Assembly (NCBI GenBank): GCA_963695545.1
Contig: OY968796.1
Span: 2,592,001-2,656,000 of the forward strand
Direction: 5' to 3'
DNA from: Terriglobia bacterium
Lineage (GTDB): Bacteria; Acidobacteriota; Terriglobia; Acidiferrales; UBA7541
Length of the DNA: 64,000 nucleotides
Every line of letters starts with the position of its first letter. Positions within the stretch are counted from its first letter, which is position 1. Below, in pieces: positions 50,004 through 59,420 of this stretch. A model generated the notes under the pieces. It did not search any database and was not told where the DNA came from. It saw only the letters and a program-made list of their open reading frames with translations. Position numbers and translations under genes: made by a program.

Positions 50004-50516
50004 GGTGTCGTCGTTACGAACGTCGCGACCGAAATGCGTTTCAGCGGACCCCCAAAACCTCCGTTTGATCGGCGACTCAGCGCTGAGCCGCCGGAATCTT
50101 GACCGGACCGAACGCCGCGGCCCGGCGAGTCATCTTTGTGAGACGTGAGAAGCGAATGCCTTCTTATAGTGCACGGTTCCGAACGGCGCAAGAGTTACTG
50201 CGGTTCGCGTGCGGTTCTTTTCGCCTCTCGAAATTGCGAATCGCTTGGTATTCCGACAAGCCGTTTCCCTAATGAAGTTGATATCGGCGCTCGGCCGAAC
50301 CTGGAGTAGCGCCTCAACCGGCGCCGTCAAGGTCGTCAGCTCTCGCGGAGTGAATGGAGCCGCTGCGCTCGACGTGCTGCACATGTCGAATTCTCCAGCC
50401 GATCCCACGGATTCGTCGCGCGGGCGCTTCGCGGTTTGCGCTTTTTAGGGGCGGGCATAACGCGTGTTTCATTATGTGAAATTGTCGTTTCCAATTGAAA
50501 ATTTTGAATATTTGTG

Positions 50517-50545
50517 TTGACACGAATTATGTCTGGTGTTAAAAA
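50517..50545 (+). promoter_or_regulatory. Sigma70 promoter upstream of the TonB receptor
   Basis: TTGACA-17-TAAAAA with TGn extension in an AT-rich tract; palindromes downstream (TACGTT..AACGTG, AAGCGCTT). Confidence 0.55.
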
Positions 50546-50724
50546 CGCCGCCATAGTATGAAGCTACTAGCAGGTGCGCTTTCCCAACGCTCTTTATATA
50601 CGTTAACTGCAACGTGTAAGGCAAGCGTTGACTAAGCGCTTTTTTAAAGCTCGACGAAGAGCTAGGGCTCCGGGGTTGTGCCGTAAAAATCTAATTTTGA
50701 GCTGGTGCAAAAGGGGGAACTACC

Positions 50725-53700
50725 ATGTCCTGTAGCTTCTCGCTGCGCGCATGCACGCGAACGACTCTGACTGTTTTGCTGGTGTTCGGATCGCTCGCGT
50801 TCGTACTGGGGCCACGACCGGCCCTGGCCCAGGTTTCGACTGCAACCATCGCTGGAACCGTTAAGGATACTTCAGGCGCCGTGGTGCCGGACGCGGCGGT
50901 CGATCTGACTAACGTGGCCACGAGCGTCGAACAATCTACGACCACGAATGACACCGGCGAATATGTGCTCGTAAAAATCGTACCTGGCAGCTACACACTG
51001 CGGATAAGCAAGACGGGTTTCGAGTCTGAACTAAGCCCACAGTTGGATCTGCAGGTCAACCAGTCACTCACGCTCGACTTCACTCTCAAAGTGGGGGCCT
51101 CCGCCGAAGTTGTTACCGTACAAGGCCAGGCCACCGGCCTCCAGACGGCCAGCGCCGAACTCGGGACAGTGATCAGCAAACAGGCGGTGGATAGCCTGCC
51201 CCTGAACGGCAGAAACTTCACGCAGTTGCTTGACCTGACTCCCGGCGTCAGCACCGTGAACGTATCGCAAAATTCCGGAAATCAACAGTTCGACGGAAAT
51301 CCAGTCGGCCAATTTTCATTTCCCGCCATCAACGGACAGACCAACCGCAGCAACCTCTTCTTGCTCGACGGCCTAAACGACCAGGAGAGCTTTGAAAGCA
51401 CCTATTCCGTTCCTCCGATTATTGACACCATTCAGGAATTCAAGGTCGATACGCACAACGATCAGGCGGCTTTCGGTGGAGTGCTGGGCGGCGTGGTCAA
51501 CGTCGTCACCAAATCGGGCGGCAACGCCTTCCACGGGGAAGGCTGGGAATTTCTCCGCAATAGTTTTTTTGACGCCAAGAGCCCGCTGGCGACCACCAAC
51601 GTGCTGCACCAAAATCAGTTTGGAGGCAGCGTCGGCGGACCGGTGATCCTTCCGAAATACAACGGGCGCAACAAGACGTTCTTCTATGCTGCCTATGAAG
51701 GCGCGCGCATCCATCCTCTCAACACGGCTACTGACGAGATTCCCACCAGCGCGGAGTTGAACAATTACAATTTCAATTCTGAGGAAAGTACGATTCAAAT
51801 CTACAACCCGTGGAGTACGGCCGCCAGTGGCGCGCGAACACCGTTCGAGTGCGTGGGCGGCGTGCCGGTGAACCCGGCGGCCAACGGCACACAATCGGCG
51901 GCGGGCCAAACGCCGTGCAACATCCTGCCCTCGATCGCCACGAACCCCACGGCGTGCGCGCAGACTGTCAGCACCGGACCGAACGTTCCGGGCTGCGTCG
52001 ATGCGAACATGGTCAAGGTGACCTCGGCGATGTATGGCGGATTGCTGACGTCGTCAGGGGCAACGGTTGCTGGGTGCAATGCGTCGGTCCCCAAAGTCGA
52101 CAACTTCTGCCCAAGCCCACTGACAGTTCAAGACCCCAACTCATTCACCGCACGTATTGACGAACAGCTGGGCGAAAAGGATGCGATTTGGATCCGCTAC
52201 AGCTACACAAACATTCCTCGCAACGTCCAGGGGCCGTTCTACGCGAACCTGCAGGAAGCTAACCTCAACAGCTACGACGCGAAACAGTTGGGGGCTAGCT
52301 GGCAACACACGTTTGGAGCCTCGTCCGTCCTCACCATGCAGTTCGGACGAAACTATGCGTTCTCCAAGCAGCCCACGCTGCTTCCTCAGTCGGAAGCCAC
52401 GGCTCTGAACGCGGACGGCGCTTACGTTCCCAGCTGGGATTGTGCGTTCGTCGGAGGCGGGCGGCCCTGCTACTTCAATAGCGTTGACACCTCAACCTAT
52501 ACGTCTTTCCAGGAAGGTGAGGCACCTGCTCTTCTCTCCAATATTTGGGAAGGAAGGTCGGACTTCAGCTTCACTCACGGTCGGCACACGTTCAGCATGG
52601 GAGTAGACATCAATACGAATGGTTTCCAGCAGACGTTCAACGCAGCCGACGAAACCGAAGCTCCCCAGCAAACCGCGAGTTCGAGCGCGGGCGGCGCTGG
52701 CGGAGACGCCTTCGCGTCGCTGCTCCTCGGTATTCCCAGCGGCACGACCTACCGAAATGAATATGAGACGGAAAATGACGGCTGGGAATACGGACTTTAC
52801 TTCATGGATCAGTGGCGACCCACGGACAAACTCACGCTAAACCTGGGTGCGCGCTACGATGTGAGCACGGTTCCCAAGTACGGCGGCCTGCATGCTAACT
52901 CGCCAGTCGGGGACATGGACGCCGACAATGGAACCTACATAATTCAGAGCGCGGCACCCAATTGCGGGTCGACCGGCGGCGCAGCTCCTTGCATCCCTCA
53001 AAACCCGCCCGCTTGCACCTACACCTCCGCCTCACTGCAACCCAGCAACCTGCCGTGTCTTCCAGCGGGTCTAACTTCCTCCGCGGGATTGATCCCAAAT
53101 TTCGTGGATATTTCGAACGACGGGTATTTCTGGCATACCCAGTACGACAACATCCAACCCCGGATTGGGCTGGCTTATCGCATCGGGGATAAGACGGTCA
53201 TTCGCGCTTCTGTGGGCCGGTTCTTCGACAATTGGGCGTCCGTCCTCCAAACGGCGCAGAACCAACAAGGCGGCTGGCCGCAGGAGGGTCAGTTCATCAC
53301 CTCTACCAACCAGGGCGCGGCGCCTCCCAACGTTTTCGTCGAGAACCCGCTTCTCGGTGCGAACAGTTCGCCCGCGGCCGTCCCTTTTGCTCAGAACAAC
53401 TGGTATGTTGACCCGAACTTGAAGAACCCAGAGTCCTGGCAATGGAACTTCGGCATTCAGCAGGCCGTGACTTCGTCCACCACGCTCACCGTCAACTACG
53501 TCGGGTCGCATGATGTCCGGCTTGACGTCGGAACAGTCGGCAACGAGGGTCTCACGCCGGATGCCACCGGCGTGGGCATCGCCGCGACTTGCTATTACGA
53601 AGCTCCGACAACAGCCGGGTCTTGCGATCCGCAAGTTGTCCAGGCGCAGGGCACCTACGCATACCCGTACCTACAAACGTTCCATTACGACAAAAGCATC

Positions 53701-54501
53701 GGCGAGGGCTGGTACGACGCCTTGCAGGTCACTTTAAATTCACGGATGTCTCATGGATTGCAGTACCTGATTGCCTATACCTGGTCGAGGTCCGAAAGCA
53801 TTTGCGCAGACGAATGGTATGGCAACGGGTCCAACGGCACTTCGTGCGAAGACTCCGCTAATAATCCTGATGGCTTCGGGAATAAGGCCGTTTCAAGCTT
53901 TGACGTGCCCCAAATCCTGAGGGTCAGCTTCGTTTATCAGTTGCCCTTTGGCGAGGGGAGTATGCGAACGGGCAGCGGCATCGTCAACCACCTCGTCGGT
54001 GGCTGGCAACTTAACGGGATTGTGAGTTTCGCATCTGGCACGCCCTTTACGATCACGGCAAACAGCAGCGTGCTCGGCGACGGTACCGCGAACGTTTCGA
54101 GTGGTACCTCTTCTGTTTTCGAGCGAGCCAACGCTATCGCGGGACAAAATCCCGTTTTGACCAATCCCACGGTAGCGGAGTGGTTTAACACTTTGGCCTT
54201 TTCGCAGCCGACGTGTTCTACCTCTCAAGTGGGATATCCGAATTCGTGTTTCGGAGATATCGGCCGGAACACGCTTCGAGCTGATGGGAACAACGACATC
54301 GACCTCTCGGTTTTCCGTGATTTCAAGCTCTCCGAGAATAAGTTCTTCGAGTTCCGAGCTGAGGCGTTTAATTTGTTCAACTCGCCCATTTACGGACTCC
54401 CGAACGCCGGTGTCGGCTCGTCAACTTTCGGCACGGTCACTTCCATGGCTAACACTTACACCGCGCGGCAGATGCAGTTCGCCTTGAAGTTCTATTACTG
54501 A
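50725..54501 (+). CDS. TonB-dependent receptor (Oar-like, carboxypeptidase-regulatory N-domain)
   Basis: GTVKDTSGAVVPDA, LPLNGRNF, VTKSGGNAFHG, NQFGGSVGGP, QPRIGLAY, FRAEAFNLFN, RQMQFALKFYY. Confidence 0.96.
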   Translation: MSCSFSLRACTRTTLTVLLVFGSLAFVLGPRPALAQVSTATIAGTVKDTSGAVVPDAAVDLTNVATSVEQSTTTNDTGEYVLVKIVPGSYTLRISKTGFESELSPQLDLQVNQSLTLDFTLKVGASAEVVTVQGQATGLQTASAELGTVISKQAVDSLPLNGRNFTQLLDLTPGVSTVNVSQNSGNQQFDGNPVGQFSFPAINGQTNRSNLFLLDGLNDQESFESTYSVPPIIDTIQEFKVDTHNDQAAFGGVLGGVVNVVTKSGGNAFHGEGWEFLRNSFFDAKSPLATTNVLHQNQFGGSVGGPVILPKYNGRNKTFFYAAYEGARIHPLNTATDEIPTSAELNNYNFNSEESTIQIYNPWSTAASGARTPFECVGGVPVNPAANGTQSAAGQTPCNILPSIATNPTACAQTVSTGPNVPGCVDANMVKVTSAMYGGLLTSSGATVAGCNASVPKVDNFCPSPLTVQDPNSFTARIDEQLGEKDAIWIRYSYTNIPRNVQGPFYANLQEANLNSYDAKQLGASWQHTFGASSVLTMQFGRNYAFSKQPTLLPQSEATALNADGAYVPSWDCAFVGGGRPCYFNSVDTSTYTSFQEGEAPALLSNIWEGRSDFSFTHGRHTFSMGVDINTNGFQQTFNAADETEAPQQTASSSAGGAGGDAFASLLLGIPSGTTYRNEYETENDGWEYGLYFMDQWRPTDKLTLNLGARYDVSTVPKYGGLHANSPVGDMDADNGTYIIQSAAPNCGSTGGAAPCIPQNPPACTYTSASLQPSNLPCLPAGLTSSAGLIPNFVDISNDGYFWHTQYDNIQPRIGLAYRIGDKTVIRASVGRFFDNWASVLQTAQNQQGGWPQEGQFITSTNQGAAPPNVFVENPLLGANSSPAAVPFAQNNWYVDPNLKNPESWQWNFGIQQAVTSSTTLTVNYVGSHDVRLDVGTVGNEGLTPDATGVGIAATCYYEAPTTAGSCDPQVVQAQGTYAYPYLQTFHYDKSIGEGWYDALQVTLNSRMSHGLQYLIAYTWSRSESICADEWYGNGSNGTSCEDSANNPDGFGNKAVSSFDVPQILRVSFVYQLPFGEGSMRTGSGIVNHLVGGWQLNGIVSFASGTPFTITANSSVLGDGTANVSSGTSSVFERANAIAGQNPVLTNPTVAEWFNTLAFSQPTCSTSQVGYPNSCFGDIGRNTLRADGNNDIDLSVFRDFKLSENKFFEFRAEAFNLFNSPIYGLPNAGVGSSTFGTVTSMANTYTARQMQFALKFYY

Positions 54502-54531
54502 CGCGGACTCGATCGGTTGTTTGTTATGACG

Positions 54532-54565
54532 AAGGCACCGCTCGCAAGAGCGGTGCCTTTGTTTT
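54532..54565 (+). terminator. Intrinsic terminator or stabilising hairpin after the TonB receptor
   Basis: AAGGCACCGCTC-GCAA-GAGCGGTGCCTT followed by TGTTTT. Confidence 0.8.
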
Positions 54566-54709
54566 GGGAGCCATTCCGTCAAGCGTGTCGGCGCCGAAAC
54601 GCCGCGGCGCGGCGCCGCGAGCAATTCGCCAGCCTCCATCGCCGAAAGCCGATGCGTTATAATTCGCGTCGAACGGGCCGGCCAATCGCGCGGAGCGCAG
54701 ACACACGCC

Positions 54710-57382
54710 ATGTCGAATCAGCGGAAGTTCATAGTCGCCCGAGTCGGATCGCTGGGTCTGGCGCTGGCTCTCAGCACCGCCGCTGTCGCTCAGTCCCAGG
54801 CGAATCCACCGGCGGACCCGCCGTCGCAACCGTCTTCACAACTTCCCGCCGAATGTACCGCTCCCAGAGGATCGTCTGACCCGCTCGAACCTTCCATCCA
54901 AGCGCTCGGACCGAATCCAAGCGCCGCGGCGCTCGCAAAGCTTGGGAATGAATTTGGGCGCGCCGCGGATTTCAAGTGCGCCGAAGCGGCTTTTGAGGCC
55001 GCTCTCGTTCTTGATCCAACCGAATGGCAAACCCGGTACGATCTCGCTCTCGCGCTGATTGAAAATCACGAGTCCAGCCGGGCGGTTGGCGAGCTCAACA
55101 CGCTCATCGCCCAGCAGCCGAATTCCTCAGTTGCTCATAACGCGCTAGGGCTGGCGCTGCAGGCTGCAGGCCAATTGGACGCCGCCGCCGCCGAGTTCAA
55201 GGCCGCGCTCAGAATCGATCCGCACTTTGATCTGGCGTCCTACAACCTTGCGCAACTCCTGGCCTCTCAAAAGGAATTTTCGGCGGCGATTCACTATCTC
55301 AAATCGGCGCTTTCGGATTCTCCCGCGCCCGCGCCCGAACTCGCATTCAGTATCAAACTGGCGCTCGCCGCCGCCTATTCGCAGACTGGAGACTACAAAG
55401 ACTCAATTCCGATTCTTCAGCAGGCCGTCGCTGCTCACCCGGATTCGCGCGACCTCCACTACGATCTGGCCACCGACTATGCCGATAATCAAAGCTACGC
55501 AAAAGCCGCGGACGAATTTAAAGAGGCTTTGCGCTTGCAACCGCACGACGGCGCGGCGGAACTCTCCCTGGCCAAAGCCCAGTTGAACATGAGTGCCGTG
55601 GAAGAATCCATCCCTTATCTCGAAGATTACAACCAGCAAAATCCCGGCGATCCGGAGGGCACGGAAATCCTGGGCGACGCGCTGAAGGATTCTGCGCACC
55701 AGGACGAAGCGCTCCGGGTTCTCGCTCGCGCCGTGCAATTGAATCCGTCCAGTTACAAGTCGCACTACGACTTTGCCGTAGTTCTCAATCGCGCCGGACG
55801 CGACGACGACGCTATCCGCGAACTGCAAGCGGCCATCGGATTGAAACCCGATGGCGCCGAGGCTCGCTATCTGCTCGGCCGTATCCTCTCAAAGCGCAAC
55901 GATTCCGCGGCCGCAAATCAGCAATTTCAAGTCTTCGAGCAATTGAAGCAGAGCGACACTCACGGCGCCCAGGCGGCGCTCCTGAACAGCCAAGCGAACG
56001 AATTGCTGCAACAGGGAAAAACTCAAGCGGCCGTCGATGCCTACCAGAAGGCTCTGCTTCTCGATCCCAACGACGCGAGTATTCATTTCAATCTCGCGCT
56101 CGCGCTCGAAAAACTGGACGATTCTGCCGGCGCGGAGCGCGAGCTCAAAAAGGCCATTGAGCTCAATCCGAAATTCGATCAGGCACACACTGAACTCGGA
56201 TCCACATTCATGCTTGAGGGCCGAATGCCCGAGGCCGAGCGCGAGTTCCAGGCCGTAATTGACGACGACCCGCAATCGGCGCAAGCGCTCAACAATCTCG
56301 GAACGCTCTACGGCCGCGAGGGAAGGAACGCCGAAGCTGTCGCGCTGCTTCAGAAGGCTGTTTCACTCGATCCCCAATTTCTTCAGGCCTACGTAAATCT
56401 GGGATTGACGCTCGCAGCCGAGGGCGACTTTGCGAACGCTGAAGAACAATTTCAAGCCGCGCTGCGCCTCGATCCCAATAATCCGAATGCCTTGACAGCT
56501 CTCGGCATGCTTCAGGGAAAGACCGGGAAAGATCCGGATTCAGTCCAGACCTTCCGAAAACTTACCGCGCTCTATCCCGCGTCGGCCACGGCCCACGTGA
56601 ATCTCGGCATTGCCCTGGTAAACGTCTACGATCTGCGCGGAGCGCTCGCCGAATTTCAACAAGCCGCGCGCCTCGATCCCAATCTTCCCATCGCGCACTT
56701 CAGCACCGGCCGCGCACTCTATGCGTTGAACGAAATGGACCAGGCCGAGCAGGAACTCAGAATCGCGATTCGCCTCGCGCCAACTTATATCGACGCGATG
56801 TTTCTTCTCGGCGTAATCGAGCACTCATCCCCGGATGCCACCGACCTATTTCGTAAAATCGTCGAGCTACAGCCGAACAATTCCGAGGCGCGTTTCTATC
56901 TCGGGCGAGATCTTCTAGACGAGGGAAAACGGGACGAGGCGGTCGCGCAGTGGGAAAAGGCCGTCGAAGCCGATCCCGATAATCTTTCGGCTCTCTCGAG
57001 TCTCGCGCGAACGCTCAATCAAATGAAGAGTCCGGACGCCCCGAAATACACGGCGCAACTCGACGCCGTGCAAAAGCATTTGGAACTGACGGACCGCGTC
57101 CAGCGGCTGAGCAATTTCGCGCTGCAATCCGCGGACGACAACGACTGGCCGCAGGCCATCAGCCAGATGCAGCAAGCCATCGATCTGTGCAACGGTTGCG
57201 CGCAGCTCGGAATTCTGCGCAAGAACTTGGGCATCATTTACGCGCGGCGTGGCGATACCGATGATGCCAAGCAGCAACTCGAACTCGCTCTGAAGCTCCT
57301 GCCCGAGGGCGCAGACTCCGTCGCGACCTCCGAGGCGCTTCGTCGCTTGAGTCCCGAGACCACAACTCCAAATCAAAATTAG
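54710..57382 (+). CDS. Large periplasmic TPR protein
   Basis: Signal peptide; many 34-aa repeats (AHNALGLAL, ALNNLGTLY, AYVNLGLTL). Confidence 0.93.
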   Translation: MSNQRKFIVARVGSLGLALALSTAAVAQSQANPPADPPSQPSSQLPAECTAPRGSSDPLEPSIQALGPNPSAAALAKLGNEFGRAADFKCAEAAFEAALVLDPTEWQTRYDLALALIENHESSRAVGELNTLIAQQPNSSVAHNALGLALQAAGQLDAAAAEFKAALRIDPHFDLASYNLAQLLASQKEFSAAIHYLKSALSDSPAPAPELAFSIKLALAAAYSQTGDYKDSIPILQQAVAAHPDSRDLHYDLATDYADNQSYAKAADEFKEALRLQPHDGAAELSLAKAQLNMSAVEESIPYLEDYNQQNPGDPEGTEILGDALKDSAHQDEALRVLARAVQLNPSSYKSHYDFAVVLNRAGRDDDAIRELQAAIGLKPDGAEARYLLGRILSKRNDSAAANQQFQVFEQLKQSDTHGAQAALLNSQANELLQQGKTQAAVDAYQKALLLDPNDASIHFNLALALEKLDDSAGAERELKKAIELNPKFDQAHTELGSTFMLEGRMPEAEREFQAVIDDDPQSAQALNNLGTLYGREGRNAEAVALLQKAVSLDPQFLQAYVNLGLTLAAEGDFANAEEQFQAALRLDPNNPNALTALGMLQGKTGKDPDSVQTFRKLTALYPASATAHVNLGIALVNVYDLRGALAEFQQAARLDPNLPIAHFSTGRALYALNEMDQAEQELRIAIRLAPTYIDAMFLLGVIEHSSPDATDLFRKIVELQPNNSEARFYLGRDLLDEGKRDEAVAQWEKAVEADPDNLSALSSLARTLNQMKSPDAPKYTAQLDAVQKHLELTDRVQRLSNFALQSADDNDWPQAISQMQQAIDLCNGCAQLGILRKNLGIIYARRGDTDDAKQQLELALKLLPEGADSVATSEALRRLSPETTTPNQN

Positions 57383-57434
57383 CGAGCTCGGAAGTCGAAT
57401 TCGATTTTTTCTGCAGGAAATTCGCGCGCGCTCT

Positions 57435-59159
57435 TCATCTCGTCGGAGCTTTATCGCCCGTTCCCGCCGAAGGCTCCGTGACGTGCAGAAACTGATCGCA
57501 GTGAACATTCTGAAGGGTCTGCACGATTCCGCTCGGCCACCGAATCTCCACCGATTGCACGATGGATTCAGTTCCCAAACCGAAATGAACTCGCTTATCG
57601 CTGGCCGAGAGATAACTGCCAGTCGTGCTGACCATCGCGTATTGCGAGCCCTTGGCGGTCACGATTTTCACTTCCGCTCCGATCGCGTCGCGATTGCTCT
57701 TCGTTCCCTGGAGTTCAATAGTGATCCAATGATTTTTGGTCTCGGTTCTGTTCATCAAAATGTGAAGCGATCCGTCGTTCGTCGTCACCACGGCGTCGAT
57801 GCGGCCATCGTTGTCGATATCGCCGATGGCCAGTCCCCGGCCCACCCACGGTTTTTGAAACACGCTCCCGGATTCCGCGAAGCCGTGGCCGGTGTTGCGC
57901 AGCAGCATCATGGGCTCGCGATAACGCATACTCGGATTGGTCAGCTCGATCGTGTCCAAATCGTGTCCCTGCGCAATCAGCAGATCCTTCCAGCCGTCGT
58001 TGTCGTAGTCGATGAATCGAACTCCCCATCCGGAGTGAGCCATGGTCATGCGCGCGATGCCGGAGTTGTAACTGGCGTAAGCGAATGTGCCGTCGCCGTT
58101 GTTCTGATACAGCGCGTAGCGTTGACTTGCGAGATCCGTGACCACGAGATCCGGCCATCCGTCGTTGTTGTAATCCGCGAAATCCACTCCCATCCCCGCG
58201 TAGGTCCCCCCGTCGCCGTCGACGGCTGCTCCGGAGGGCAATCCGACTTCCTCGAACGTTCCGTCGCCCCGATTGTGATAAAGGAATTCCACCATCGAAT
58301 CGTTGGCCACAAACAGGTCGACGTGCCCATCGCGGTCATAATCCCCAATCGCGATTCCGAGTCCTTTTCCCGGTTTCGAGATGCCGATACTCTGCGAGAT
58401 CTCTTTGAAGTGTCCGTTGCCTTCGTTGTGGTAGACCAGCGGCGCGATCGCGGGAAACACGTCGGGTTGGCAGTATGCGCGATAGCCCTCTTTGTGCTCG
58501 CCGCACCAGATGTCGTCGAAGTCCCAATCGACGTATCGAAGTACAACCAGATCGAGCAGCCCATCGTTGTCCAGATCAACCCACGCGGCGCTCGTTGACC
58601 ATCCGCTGCCGCCGACACCGGCCTCCGCCGTGACATCGGTGAAGGTTCCGTTTCCATTGTTGTGATAAAGATGGTTCCCGCCATAACCCGTCACATATAA
58701 ATCCTCGTAGCCGTCGTTATCGTAATCGCCCACGGCCACTCCCATGCCGTATCCCGCGCCCGCGAGACCGGCCTTCTCCGTCACGTCCTCGAATGTGCCG
58801 TCCGGCTTCTGGTGATAAAGCCGATTCCAATATCGAGGCCCGTCCTTCTGCGGGATCGTGCCTTTCGGCGTAGGGTCACTCAGCGGCGCGCCGTTAACCA
58901 CAAAAATATCGAGGCGCCCGTCGTTGTCGTAATCAAAAAGCGCCACGCCCGCTCCCATCGTCTCGAGCAAATATTTCTTCGAGGTGTGCGAGGCGAGATA
59001 CTCGAAATGAATGCCGCTCGAGGACGTAACGTCTACGAAATTCCCGGGTATGTCAGCGTCCGTTTGAGGCCGCGCTTCCTGCTGAGACTGTTGCGCCGGC
59101 ACGCCCGCCACGGCCGCTACACAAAGCACGAAAGCCGATAAAACCGATTTTTGCATCAT
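57435..59159 (-). CDS. CRTAC1 family protein (FG-GAP plus ASPIC/UnbV); start uncertain (59159 or 59222)
   Basis: FDYDNDGRLD, GDYDNDG, GTKSNRDAIGA...YLSASDKRVHFGLG. Confidence 0.93.
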   Translation of the reverse strand: MMQKSVLSAFVLCVAAVAGVPAQQSQQEARPQTDADIPGNFVDVTSSSGIHFEYLASHTSKKYLLETMGAGVALFDYDNDGRLDIFVVNGAPLSDPTPKGTIPQKDGPRYWNRLYHQKPDGTFEDVTEKAGLAGAGYGMGVAVGDYDNDGYEDLYVTGYGGNHLYHNNGNGTFTDVTAEAGVGGSGWSTSAAWVDLDNDGLLDLVVLRYVDWDFDDIWCGEHKEGYRAYCQPDVFPAIAPLVYHNEGNGHFKEISQSIGISKPGKGLGIAIGDYDRDGHVDLFVANDSMVEFLYHNRGDGTFEEVGLPSGAAVDGDGGTYAGMGVDFADYNNDGWPDLVVTDLASQRYALYQNNGDGTFAYASYNSGIARMTMAHSGWGVRFIDYDNDGWKDLLIAQGHDLDTIELTNPSMRYREPMMLLRNTGHGFAESGSVFQKPWVGRGLAIGDIDNDGRIDAVVTTNDGSLHILMNRTETKNHWITIELQGTKSNRDAIGAEVKIVTAKGSQYAMVSTTGSYLSASDKRVHFGLGTESIVQSVEIRWPSGIVQTLQNVHCDQFLHVTEPSAGTGDKAPTR

Positions 59160-59420
59160 TGCCTGGGCGCCACGCGCCAATCCGCGAGGTGAGGCAGCCG
59201 AAAATAATTTGACCAACTTCATCACGCCGAACTTTATCTCTTTCGCGGGCCCGATACAACCTAAGTGCTTGAACATCAGTAGTCTACAACCAATCGAGAG
59301 ATCCGGGCCGGCGCGCTTCGAGGCTTGTTTTTGTGTTATTGTGTGGTGCTTGTCAGCCTCCAAAGGTTCCTCGCTCGGCTCGATGGGGAGAGGATTATTT
59401 TGGTCCGCTGCGTGAATAAT

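Noticed and set aside
50130..50408. Small ORF between lacI and the TonB receptor
   Set aside because: No motif or convincing RBS; more likely regulatory DNA.
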